Assembly (NCBI RefSeq): GCF_009914755.1 | Contig: NC_060938.1 | DNA: 64,000 bases | Direction: 5' to 3' (one strand) | DNA from: the human T2T-CHM13v2.0 reference genome, Homo sapiens | Part shown: positions 24,202 to 36,600 of the stretch, piece by piece | Layout of the letters: each line of letters begins with the position of its first letter | How positions within the stretch are numbered: the first letter of the stretch is position 1 | Made by a program: the position numbers and the translations under genes | The notes under the pieces: model-generated | Told to the model about the DNA's origin: nothing | The model's input: the letters and a program-made list of their open reading frames with translations, nothing else | Database searches by the model: none

Positions 24202-24799
24202 GTGGGGCTAGGGGAACGGGGGTGGGGAAGAGGGAAGGGAGGAGGGGGAAGAAGGAGGAGGAAAGGGTCCAACAGGGAGCGGAGTGTGCGTCTGGAGCTC
24301 GCTTGGGCACACCAGCCCAGCCGCCACCGCCACCGCTCTCCAAAATAGCCTTTAGCGCCCGGCCAGCGTAGAGGTGCTCTGGCCGGCCGCACCAATTCCC
24401 GGAGCCGAAAGCAGAGTCCAGGCACCGCCACTTGCAAGAGAGGGAGAATGCCAGGCAAATACCCGATCCGCACACACGTCTACGCGTGCCCACCGGCACT
24501 GCGCGCGTCCTCTTCGCTTCCGCGCCGCCCCCGCCAGGTGGAGGGGGTGGGGACGGTCGGGACAGGCGGGAGTTTAGAGGAGGGAGCCGCAGAAGGGGTT
24601 CCCCGCTTGAGCTAACGTAGTGGTGGCATCCAGAGGTGAACGCGGGAGCGGCCGCCTGCGGAGGGCACCCGGCTGCGTGGCGTCCGCTCGGGCCGCTGCT
24701 GCGGCAGAGGTGCCCTGGTTGGGCGGCTGGGCGCCTGGGGTTCGACGCCGGCCGGGATCCCTGGGTGTGCGCGGAGATGCGCGCCGCGGAGGCGAATGG

Positions 24800-24858
24800 A
24801 GGGAGGAGGAGAAGGAGAAAGAGGAGAAAGAGGAGAAGGAGGAGGAGGAGGAGGAGGG
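24800..24858 (+). repeat. GAG/GAA purine-rich repeat (a similar tract lies at 24168-24202)
   Basis: GGAGGAGGAGAAGGAGAAAGAGGAG... read directly. Confidence 0.85.
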
Positions 24859-26789
24859 CGAAGCGGCAAGCGCGGGGCGCAGGCGGACCGGCGGCCGGGC
24901 TGCTGGGCTGCTGGGCTGCCGGGGAGGAAGGCTGTGTGTGGTCACGTTGTGCGCTACGTGCTGAGAGCGCGAGCTGCTAGCCGCAGCCGGGCGACGTCAA
25001 AGCCGGGTGCGCGGCTCTGCCGCCTGCCTCCGCGCCTCCTCTGCCCCTCCTTTGCTCTGCCTTCCTGTGTCAGCCGAGCTCATCAGTATGGACAACGCCG
25101 AAAGGCTCCGCGAGGCCGGCGGCATCTGGCCTCCAACCTCCCCCGCCAAAGCGCTCCCTCGCCTCTCGGGGAGCTCCGCGGTGGCGAATGCCCGTTATGT
25201 ATTTCTGATGCCGCCGTCTGCGTTTGCACGCTGAAGGGCCAGCTACCACCTTAGACCCAGGGTAATTACATGACACGCTATCTCCTCTCCGCCGCCCAAG
25301 GTCTTCCAGGATCCGTTATGCTTGGCTAGAGGGCAGAACAGGCCACAGCATTTGGAAGTGGCAACGTTTCTTCTCTATTTCTGTCTTCTTTAAAGGAAAT
25401 ATGGTCATCACAGTAGATGAAGGCACTGGGGGAAGAAACACTAGGAGTTCAGAGATTAGTTTATTTTATATGCAATGTCTCCTACTAAAGTTAACTGCTT
25501 GGAAAATCTTTTCCTTGTGTGAAAGACAGGCTCTTTTGTTGGGGCAGAGGTAGCTCTAATGTTTCAGGGGCTTTAAAAACTTATAGGTACAAAAGGATTA
25601 GAAAATCTAAAGCATCTTTAATTTACATTGCAACAAGTGTGGAAATACTTCGCTAAAAATTAATAGGGAACATCTGGGAATATAGTAGTGTTTTTTTCCT
25701 GTAACCGAGATAATAATGTTTCCTGTACGCAGTCCACTTTGTTGAATATATGCTTCACTATTCAAACAGCATATGGGTAGGAAGTGATTGGTTTAAAACG
25801 CACATTTATACATGTGTTACAAAAGTAATTGCCATGGGAAATCTGGAGCACAGTATTCATTTATCTGCTCCCATAATAGGCTGGTAGGACACACTGCAGG
25901 TCCCTCTCCCCATGCTGTACTTCTGTTGGGGGTGGGGGACCCTAAGCACTGGAAAATGTGTAGTCCCCAGTCTTTCCCCAAGGTCCTTTTCCTCACTTAA
26001 ATGAATTGTGCATATTATTTTTTATAGGGTGCGATTTAGTGCTTACCCTCTGGGTTTACAAGACATGAGAAACCAAACATTTTGAGAGGTCCCCCAGAGG
26101 ATCATTCACATAGTGTTGAGAACCCGTTATTTTTGAAATTCCACTTTAACTAGATGGAATTAAGCGTCATACTATAAGTAAAGTCAATATGTGCCATTTC
26201 TGAAGAAAAATGAGTGACACTCACTGGTCACCTGTGGGGTAAAAATTGTCTCGTGATTTTAGAAATCTGCCTTTTGTGAGTAGATCATTCCTGTACACTT
26301 GCAGCACAGTAGCTTCATGGGGCAATAAACTGCACCTCCCTTCTCAGATCAAAGCTCATACATAATGTATCTTGTCCATGAGGCTCTTCCTGATTTCAGC
26401 TTATCATGTTCTGTTCAAGTAGTACTTCCCCCCCATATTTGTACTGTACTTTTTAATGCTTAGTTATGGAATCATAGGATCTTTGAGTGTGTGAAGGACT
26501 CTAGATTGGAATACTTTGTCATCCCCAAACGTTGGTGTATCATTTTAAAGGAGCCCAGACTCAGTATGGAGATTACTCTTATTAACCTTCAACATTAGAA
26601 CAGAGCCTCAGGAGCCCAGGACCTTTCTTTTCTGTATAATGCTCATCTCTGCAGAGGAAGGAACATGCACCCAGTGAGCCCTCAGCAATGCCTGAGTGAA
26701 ATCTTTGAACTTAGAGAACTTAGAGAACCCAGTCAATTTACAATTTATTCCAGTTGTAGTTTAAATTAAAAATGAGGAAATAGCTAGAT

Positions 26790-26960
26790 GCAGCTACTCT
26801 TTGCTGGGCCTTATCCTAGACTGTTGTACACTTAAAGATTTTATGAGACATATTTCCTTCCTTCAAGAAGCACACAATCTAGTGGGCAGAGTGCATTGGT
26901 CAACATATGCACCATTACCTCTACTGATACTGTAAGTGCTGTAGATAAACAAAGTCCTAG
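26790..26960 (-). mobile_element. L2 3'-end fragment
   Basis: CTACTCTTTGCTGGGCC...CCTTCAAGAAGCACACAATCTAGTGGG. Confidence 0.55.
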
Positions 26961-28813
26961 GCCACAAAGTGGCAACTTTTACATGCAATCATTAAATGAC
27001 TTACATAACAGATTTTTTAAATGCACTGTATTTAATATGGGTTTTCTATTCCTATGAAAATACTACATAGATTACTTATGGAAATAATTGTCAGTTTAAT
27101 CAAATGACGTTTTTTTGCTTCTTGCAATTCAACATTCTTCAGGCTGCACTGACCAACCAGACGTAATATATATAACCACACCTTAGCACTGGCTAATGAA
27201 GGCCTCCAGGTGGTGAGCCTGAGCTGAAGCTTAAGGACAGGCAAGAGATGGTTCACATCAGAGAGAAGGGAAAAGCTATAGAAGGCAGGCCCAGAGAACA
27301 CTATGAAATCTGGCCCAGCACACTTTATATCTCCCATTAGAGCAGTTTTCTTCAGGAACAGTGTAAATAATTTCAGAGATCACAAGTTTCTTGGATTTTT
27401 CACAGTGAATATGGGTGTTGCATAGAGCATAAAAAATTCCACATAACCTGTTATCATTTTATTGACTATAGTTTTATTTAAAATTTCTGTCTCCATTCTC
27501 CAGTATGAGCTTGATGTTCCAACCTCCATAGCATGGGGGAGACGTTCTCATGGAAAGAGTCACAGGTTGGCACAAGATTCAACCAAGGTAGTGGGACAGA
27601 GGTGAGAAAAACTGGTATCTCCAGAGATACAGCTGAGTAAGGCAAATTCAGAACACTGGGGACAAATCTGTCTTTCTTTCCAATTTAGCCTCATCCCAAA
27701 ACACAAATCTCAGGTCCTGTTTGTTGTTTACATCAACTTCCATTTTCCCTGCTGGCCCCTTAAGTCACACAAACTCCTATTCACACTATTGCCAAACAAG
27801 AATGTGAAAATTATCAGTGATTATGGTAAATTATTTCTAGCCAAATCCCTGTTCACCCATTTCTTTCTTTCTACTTAGTAATAGTTTCCAGCATGCAAGA
27901 CTTAATTTTAGAAGTCTAAGAAGCATCACATAGAACTGGCTGTTTCAGATGATAGTGAAAGCCATGAGGCACAGAATAGCACTGGAGATTCCAGGTGCTG
28001 GTTATTTCCAGGAGGCAGATAGGGGGCAGTTGCTCCTAAGCAGTGGGATGCAGACACTGCTGTTAGGTACGAGAAAATTTCATTTAGGGAAACAGAATTA
28101 TCTCTCAAGAGGGCTTTAGTGAGAACAAAGAGAGGAATAAGAATGGTTAATTCTAATATTAGAAATAAGGAGGCAGGTCAAGTCCCAGATCCCCACTGTA
28201 TGGACTGAGAGAGGTCCAGGAGAGATATTCAACTTGAGGAAGCAACAAAATACCCAAAGAACAATCCCTGGAAACAGCAGATTGGGGGTGCAAATAGAAA
28301 AGGAGGTACCCAGGAAAGGCTGTATATTTGGATACTGTTTGAGAGGATGCCAAGGTAATTTGTAACCAGATGATGGGGCTGAGGTCTCAGATATATTGTG
28401 GCTGCCAGTGAAGAGTATCTAGCTGAGAAAAGAAGGAGAGGCAGAAAGCATGAGGCAAGGATCTTGGTATTCTAGATATTCTATCTTCAGCTTAAAAGTA
28501 GCAGCACATTTCTGAGAGTTTTTACTTGTTTGGTAAATGCCATCCCTTTTTCAAGCCAGACACGCTAGTCCCTAATTTCAACTTTCAGGATTTTGTGTAC
28601 CACTCATGATTTCTATACAATTTGTATCTTGAACCTATAATTATTTTTTAAAAGGCTACCCTTAGATACCATATCCTGGGTAATTTTAGTAGCCCTGCCC
28701 TAGATTTATTCTTATTCTGGCATGTCTACCTTGAACTCTTATTATAATTCTGACACTATTTCAGGAACAGACACAAGGCTGATTTGTTCCAGAGTAGAAG
28801 ATGTTCAGTGCAG

Positions 28814-29010
28814 GGCAGTGTGACATAGTAGGTAAACGTCTGAGCTTTGACATCAGACTGCCCTAGGCTGGATCGTTGACGTCAGTATGACCTTGACATT
28901 CCCCTTATCCCGTAAAAGGAAAAGAGCAAAAGAATACTAGAATTTTAAATAAAATAATACATGTAAGATATACTCATCACCTAGCACATAGTGGTCAAGT
29001 AATATATTAT
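28814..29010 (+). mobile_element. MIR SINE
   Basis: GGCAGTGTGACATAGTAGGTAAA...CTTTGACATCAGACTG head and CCTAGCACATAGT tail. Confidence 0.65.
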
Positions 29011-29139
29011 TCTTAATATTTTTATTGATAATATTTTTAGTTAAAGGGTATTAATATATAGGGGTAATAACTTGAATAATTTCCATTTGGGGATGAACTG
29101 ACAGCTTAGAACCTTTAGTTTTATAAGTACGATGACATG

Positions 29140-29430
29140 TTTTTCTCTAAAAGCGTTACTTTACTTTCTTTCATTCAAACTTCATCTGCCCCATTTCTGT
29201 CCAGTCACATCGAATTCTGAAGTCTTTCCATGGTTTAGCTGTAATGGTTTGGCAGTTCAGTACTTAGGCATCACTTAATATCTTCTGGAAACTTGAAAAT
29301 TTGAGAGTGCAATTCTGCTTCAAGATTATTTTTGAAAGTGCCACATCCCTGGATGTAGCCTTGGAGAACTCGACAGCTTAAATATTAATGTGAAGAAGTT
29401 CCTGTTTATCACTATGCTTGGTTTACTATC
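29140..29430 (-). mobile_element. Possible CR1/L3 LINE fragment
   Basis: AAACTTCATCTGCCCCATTTCTGTCCAGTCAC resembles the antisense CR1 RT region. Confidence 0.35.
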
Positions 29431-31127
29431 TTTTAAAAGCATGTCAGTATGAAGCAATGCACACACGTTTAGATTGCCAATAGACCAGATTAAAGATCAA
29501 CATCAAAGTTAGATTAGAAATTTTGTGATGTAAATATTAAAACATCTATTGTTTCTGACAAAGAGATGATCTGATTAACCCGCAGATAAGATATAAAGGA
29601 CTAGAAGAGAGTTGAAAAATGTGTTCCAAGATTCTGTATTTGGAGCAATTTACAGATGTGCATGTACTAGGAAATAAAAGAATATTTGCGTCTTAACCAG
29701 ATGATAGGCTTGAAATTTGCCATCACAACAGATATTTATAGAAATGTAACTTCTAACATCCTCCATAATTAAACTCAATCTGCTAATGAGCTACTCATAT
29801 CAGCTAATGTTTGGACGTCAGAGAAACACAATATCTTCTGGGTTTACAACTTAGTCTTCTTTATGTAATTACCCAGTTTTTCTGGGTTACTCTCACACAG
29901 TCTTCTCCTTGTCCTCTCCCCTTGTCCTGACAATGAGGAAGGATGTCCTTTTTTGTCCAATATTTCTGGCCTCCACTTGATCTGTGAGTGTCTGCCACTT
30001 ACCCTGCTATACCCACAGCTCACATCTTTGCCCACTGGCTTTGAGTAAAAAGGACTTAGCTCCCTCCTCTTCCAAACATCAGGCTTTTCCCAGCTCTCCA
30101 GCCATGGAAGCATTTCCCATTCTCCTCTGAGGCCATCAAGAAATTCTGGAACTCTTGCATATCACTCACATTGGGAAACCAAATGGCTCCACTTTTCATT
30201 CTCTGTACCTGGATATACCATGTTGACATTTCTACTCCTTTGTATATTTTCTAATTTATACTCTGTGAGGCATTTTCATCAGAGTTAAGGCAAGGTTTGC
30301 AAAAAGACTTTCTATACCACAGAATGTTTAAAGTGTAAGGAGCATGCATATACCTATCTTCCAACTTGGCTGTCTCTTTTGTCTCTCTTTCTCTCTCTCT
30401 CTGTTCCTCCACTGTCCCCCAAGCCTCCCACCAGGGCAGGTTTTACCTTCCTTGTATAGGGAAAAATGGACCTCATTTCAACCTTGCATTCTCCCTACTC
30501 TCTGGTTTAAAAAAGACTGCCATGGTCTGAATCCTCTGAGCTAGAATTTAATAATTTAAAGCTTAAGTCTGGGAGTTCCCCTAAAAAACCTTTTTCTCTC
30601 AAATATCTGCTCTGACACATTTTTTTCTTCCCTTGGCTTTTGCCCTCTCCCTGAAGGGATGCTCGACTTCAATAAATGTGAAACCATAGAGCAGCAGGAA
30701 TTACAGGGAATCAGAAATAAATTGAATATAAGATATTTTCAATTTATGGCTGCATTGCCCAACCCTCTATAAATAAGTTAGTAAGGTGGTAGGACCAGGA
30801 CCTGTCTATTTGGGGTGGCCTAGGAAGGCAAAACATCTTTTTGTAAGGTCAGGAGGAGATCCACAGGAATGCAGGGCTGGAGTAGGAGGATTTCAGAGGA
30901 ATCAATGAAAAGAAGTACCTTGAAGAAGGGGGAAAAAAACCTGTAGCAAGGAAATTGATTATTAGGAGTTTGGAGAGGCCAGTATCCCAGTGTATCTCAT
31001 CAAACTGGAAGAGTAAAGAAAATAAGACCAGCCAAATAAACCTATGCAGCTGAGTCACCTGATGTAGGCCAACAAGCAAGAACATGACAAGATAGATACG
31101 GAAAGAAGAAATGTGGCAAAGGGAGCT

Positions 31128-31642
31128 GTACTAGAGGGTGTAGTTTCCCCCCAAAATTCACATCCTTCTCAGAATCTCAGAATGTGAGCTGATTTGGAAA
31201 ATGGTCGCAACAGATGAAATTAGTTAAGATGAGGTCATATTGGAGTAGCATGGGCCCTTAATCCGATAGGACTGATGTCTTTTTTAATTTTCATTTTCAA
31301 GTTTTATTGCTTAGCAGAGCAAGGAAACAGATGGGGATCAACATGCTCTAGTAAGGCACAGCAAAAGACACACACACAGGGGAGGACATCTTGTGACAAT
31401 GGAGTCAGAGATTAGAGTGATGTATTGACAAGTTCAGGAATGTCAAGGCTTGCCAGCAACACCAGAGGCTAAGAGAAAGGCATAGAACACAGTCTCCCAG
31501 ATCCTCCAGAGACAGCATGGTCCTGCTGTGTATCTTGACTGCATACTTCTGGCCTCCAGAACTGTAAGATAAAAAAAAATATTCTGTTATAAGCCACCCA
31601 GTTTGAGGTGCTTGTTAACAGCATTCCTAGGAAATGAATACA
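31128..31642 (+). mobile_element. MLT1B/C MaLR LTR carrying a foreign ~85-bp insert
   Basis: CCCCAAAATTCACATCC...TTAAGATGAGGTCATATTGGAGTAG; CTTCTGGCCTCCAGAACTGTAAGA; CTAGGAAATGAATACA end. Confidence 0.85.
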
Positions 31643-32458
31643 AGAGCTCATTTTGTACCTTAAGTGAGAGTCTACACAGAAGTTATTTGGCTAAGACCAA
31701 ATAACTAGGGTCTTTATCCCAGTTCCTTGTCTTTAGGAAATTTTCTTTTAAATCATTATGGAATCACACTTGCCTAGCTTAGACAAATCGATAGCACTTG
31801 AGTTTCTGCATCTGTAAAACGTACTTCAGAAAAATATCTTGAGAGCTCAGTGGAATAACGCTTTTTGAAACATAGATGACATATTATTCCCTCTATCAGG
31901 GAACCAGAAAGAACCAGGAAAACTAGACTTGAAGGACTCCTATGCCCAAGTTAACTTCAATGAGGCTGCTCTCCAGATAGGGGTGTAGTACCCCGAGATG
32001 TCCTAGAGAAGAATCAAGGCAGCAGTGCCCCTGTCCTCAGCATTCCCCTGCATCTATCTGATGAAGACCACTTTACTTAGAAAAGGTCTGAGGAAATCTC
32101 ACAAGCCCTCTCCTCTTTTTTCTTACTTTCCTTTGACCAGAAGAGGGGAATTTCCCTCTTCTTCCTGTCTCCCTTAAATAAAATTTATGTAGAGTAGAAG
32201 CTTTCAAACTGTCTTTTCTTGCCATTTTTTTTAACCTCAACCCCAAATAATATTGTGAACCAGTACACACACACACACAGGCACACACAATCCAGAACAT
32301 ATTTTTTCCCTCACAAAGCAATTACCCTTACCACGTGTAAAGTATTTTGATATGTTTCTTTCTATTCATTCCATTTGATTCCGCATTATCTTTAAAAAGT
32401 GTGGTTGGAACATATTAAAAATGTTCTATAACTATTTAGTATGTCATAGATTATGCTA

Positions 32459-32857
<399 letters not shown>

Positions 32858-32937
32858 CTAAAAAGCCTGAAGAGAACATTTAACATTTATCCTCACTCTG
32901 CCCTGAGGTAATAAATATTTTAGGCCTTAGAGGAGGG

Positions 32938-33266
32938 ATATTTATATATCTGTGTATGTGTGTGTGTATGCCTACATGTATAGACATATATATATATGTA
33001 ATATAGATCTAGATCTATAAAGGTATATAATATCTATATGTATATATATCTGTATATCTCTCTATATAGAGATATATGTATATATGTATATACATATGTA
33101 TCTATATCTATATATAAATATATATAAAGATATATAGAGAGATATTAACATATATGTATATATATTTATATATCTATAGATCTATATATATAGATATATA
33201 TAGAGAGATATATATATAGAAAGAGATATATAAACATATGTATGTCTCTAATATATATGTATATAT
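32938..33266. repeat. (TA)n/(TAGA)-rich low-complexity tract
   Basis: About 330 bp of alternating TA with TAGATCTA palindromes. Confidence 0.9.
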
Positions 33267-33382
33267 CAGAGACAAAGTCTCACTATGTTCCCAGGCTGGC
33301 CTCAAACTCCTGGATTTAAGTGATCCCCCACCTCAGCCTCCCTAGTAGCAGGGACTACAGGCATGCAACACCACACCCAGCT
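33267..33382 (-). mobile_element. FLAM/Alu monomer
   Basis: AGAGACAAAGTCTCACTATGTT...CTCAAACTCCTGG...CACCACACCCAGC. Confidence 0.85.
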
Positions 33383-33639
33383 TTAAAGATATATGTTGAA
33401 TGACATTCTTTTTTTCTTACATATTTTATATTCATTTTTTCATTTTTATACAGAATGACATCTTTCCATTGCAATAAGTGATCATTTCCAGCAACATTTT
33501 TAATGACTGAATAGCGTTCCAATGTGTAAACGCAATGTAACCATTTAACTAACCTCCCTCGTTAGCATTTGGTTTCTTTCAAAAGATTACATTCTAATGA
33601 GAGGAAACAAATAATAAAAAAGCAGACAAGAAATAAAGA

Positions 33640-36600
33640 TTATTTTATTGATACATAATATTTGTACATGTTTATGGGATACGTACATACATAGGATGTG
33701 CAATTATCGAGTCAGGATATTTAGGAATACATCACCTCATGAATTTATCATTTCTATGTGTTGGGGACATTTGAAGCCCTCTTTTCTAGCTATTTTGAAA
33801 TACAGAATACATTGTTGTTAACTGTAGTCACTCTACTCTGCTATTGTACAATAGATGCTATTCTTTTTATCTAACAGTATGTTGTATGCATTAATCAACC
33901 TCTACCGTCCCGCCCCCTACCTGCTGCTGACACACATCTTTCTCCACCTCTGGTAACTATTATTCTACTCTCTACCTCCATGAAATCAATTCTTTTAATT
34001 TCTGTATATTAATAAGAACATTTAATGTCTGTCTTTCTGTGCCTGGTTTATTTCACTTAATATATTGTCCTCCAGTTTCATCCATGCTGTTGTACATGAC
34101 AGGATTTCAATCTTTTTTACTGCTGAATAGTATTCTATTGTGTAAATATGCCAGTTTTTAAAATCCATTCATACACTGATGAACACTTAGGTTGATTCCA
34201 TATCTTTGCTATTGTGAATAGTGTTGCATTAAAAATAGGAATTAAGTTATTCCCTTGATATACTGATTTCCTTAATCAGTAGTATTGATTGGATAAATAC
34301 CCAATAGTATTTGGATAAATACCTGGTAGTAGGATTGTAAGAATATATGGTAGTACTATTTTTAGATTTTTTGAGAAATCTCCACATCATTTTCCATAAT
34401 GGCTTTACTAATTTACATTCCCACGAACAGTGCATAAGAGTTCTCTTTTCTCTGCATCCTCACCAGTATCTGTTATTTTTAGTCTTTTCGTTAATAGTCA
34501 TTCTAATTGGGACAAGATGATATTTAATTGTGGTTTTGAATTGCAGTTTCCTAATGATTAGTGATGTTGAGCATTTGATGATGTACCTGTTGGCTATTAG
34601 AATGTCTTCTTTTGAGAAATGTCTGTTCAGATCTTTTACCTACTTTTTAACGAAATTATTTGGGTTTATTTTGCTGTTGAGTTGTTTGAGTTCTTTGTAT
34701 ATTTTGGATATTAGTGCCTTGTTGGATGAATAGTTTGTGAATATTTTTCCCATTCATCAGGTTGTCTCTTCACTGTATTGATTGTTTTCTTTGTTGTGCA
34801 GAAGCTTTTTAGATTAATATAATCCCATTTCTCTATTTTTGTTTTTGTCACCTGTGCTTTTGATGTCATAACCATAAAATCTTTGCCTTCATCGATATCC
34901 TGGAGTATTTCCTCTATGTTTTTTGCTAGTAGTTTTGTAGTTTTATAAATTTACACTTAAGTAAATTTCCAACTTATGTTCAAGTCTTTTATCTATTTTG
35001 AGTTAATTTCTGTATATGGTAAGAGATAGGGATCTAGTTTCATTCTCCCGCATATGGATATCTAATTTTCCCAGCAACATTTATTTAAGAGGTTATCCTT
35101 TCCCTGATGTATATTCTTCGCACCTTTGTCAAAAATCAGTTGGCTGTAAATACATGGATGTATTTTTGAGTTATCTGTTTCATTGCTGTTTCATTGGTCT
35201 GTGTGTCTGTTTTTATTCTAATACAGTGCTACTTTGGTTACTACAGCCTTGTAATATATTTCAAAGTAATGTGTTGCCTCTAGCTTTGATCTTTGTGCTC
35301 AGGATTGCTTTGGCTATTCTGAGTCTTTTGTGGTTCTACATGAATTTCAGAATTTTTGTCTATTTCTTTGAAAAATAGCATTGGTATTTTGATAGGAATT
35401 GTATTGAATCTGTAGATTGCTCTTGGTAGTATGGTCATTTAAACAATATTAATTCTTCTTATCCATTAGCCTGAGATGTTTTGCTGTTCTTGCACTCTTC
35501 AATTTCTTTTATCAGTGTTTTGTAGTTTTCTTTGTAGATGTCTTTAGCCTCCTTGGTTAAATTTATTCTGAGTATTTTATTTTATCGTAGCTATTGTAAA
35601 CAGAATTGCCTTGAGTTCCTTTTCAGTTAGTTCATTATTAGTGTATAGAAAGACCACTGATTTTTGCATACTGATTTTGTATCCTCTAACTTTCCTGAAT
35701 ATGTTTATCTATTCTAAGAGATTTTTGGTGGAGTCTAGGCTTTTCTAACTATAACATCATGTTTTCTGCAAAAAGGGACAATTTGACTTCCTCTAACTTA
35801 GAGTCCTTTTATTTTTCTCTTGTCTGATTGCTCTGGCTGAGACTTCTAATACTATGTTGAATAGGAGTGGTGAAAGTAGGCATTTTTGTCTTGTTCTAGT
35901 TCTTAAAAAAAATGGCTTTCAGCTTTTCCCCATTCAGTATGATGTGAACTCTGGGTTTATCATATAAGGCCTTTGTGATATTGAGGGATGTTCTTTCTAT
36001 GCCTAGTTTATTGAGGGTTTTTATGATAAAGCAATGTTGAATTTTTTCAAATGATTTTTCTCTGTCTACTGAGATGATCATATGGTTTTTATCGTTGATT
36101 CTCTTGATGTGATGTATCATGTTTATTGATTTGCATATGTTGAGCCACCTTTGCATTCTTGTGATAAATCTCACTCGAACATGGAGTATTATCTTTTCGA
36201 TGTACTGTGGATTCATTTTGCCAGTATTCCGTTGAGGATATTTGTATTTATATTCATCAGGGATATTGATCAATACTTTTCTTAGTTTGTTGTATCCTTA
36301 TCTGGCTTTGTTAGCAGGGTAATGCTGGCCTCCTAGAATGAGTTAAAGAGAATTTCCTCCTCTTTAATTTTTTGGAATACTTTGAGGACAGTTCGAGTTA
36401 GTTCATCTTTTTAAGTTTGGTAGAATTTGTTGGTGAAGGTTTTGGGTCCTGGGCTTTTCTTTGCTGAGAAAGTTCTTAATACTGATTCAATCTCTTTACT
36501 CATTATGGGTCCATTCAGATTTTCTATTTCTTTCTGATTCAATCTTGTAGGTTATATTCATACAGGAATTTGCTTATTTCCTCTAGGTTTTCGAGAGAGA

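Larger units (their letters stand above)
22900..25320. promoter_or_regulatory. CpG island / MDGA2 promoter and 5' leader
   Basis: Sharp switch to GC- and CpG-rich sequence. Contains GC boxes, ETS-like CAGGAAGT (~23943), X-box-like GTTGCCATTGCAAC (24112), CCAAT (24127) and CTCF-like CCGCCAGGTGGAG (24531). The exact TSS cannot be read from sequence. Confidence 0.9.

Noticed and set aside
23742-25254. Many overlapping 100-209 aa ORFs on both strands
   Set aside because: Expected from stop-codon scarcity in a CpG island. They are low-complexity Arg/Gly/Pro/Ala translations with no recognisable domain, and many have non-ATG starts.
32938-33266. TA-rich tract as a novel element
   Set aside because: It abuts the tail side of an antisense FLAM and is best explained as an expanded, degenerate A-tail microsatellite. 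Unlike 39560-39857 it has no unique inverted arms.
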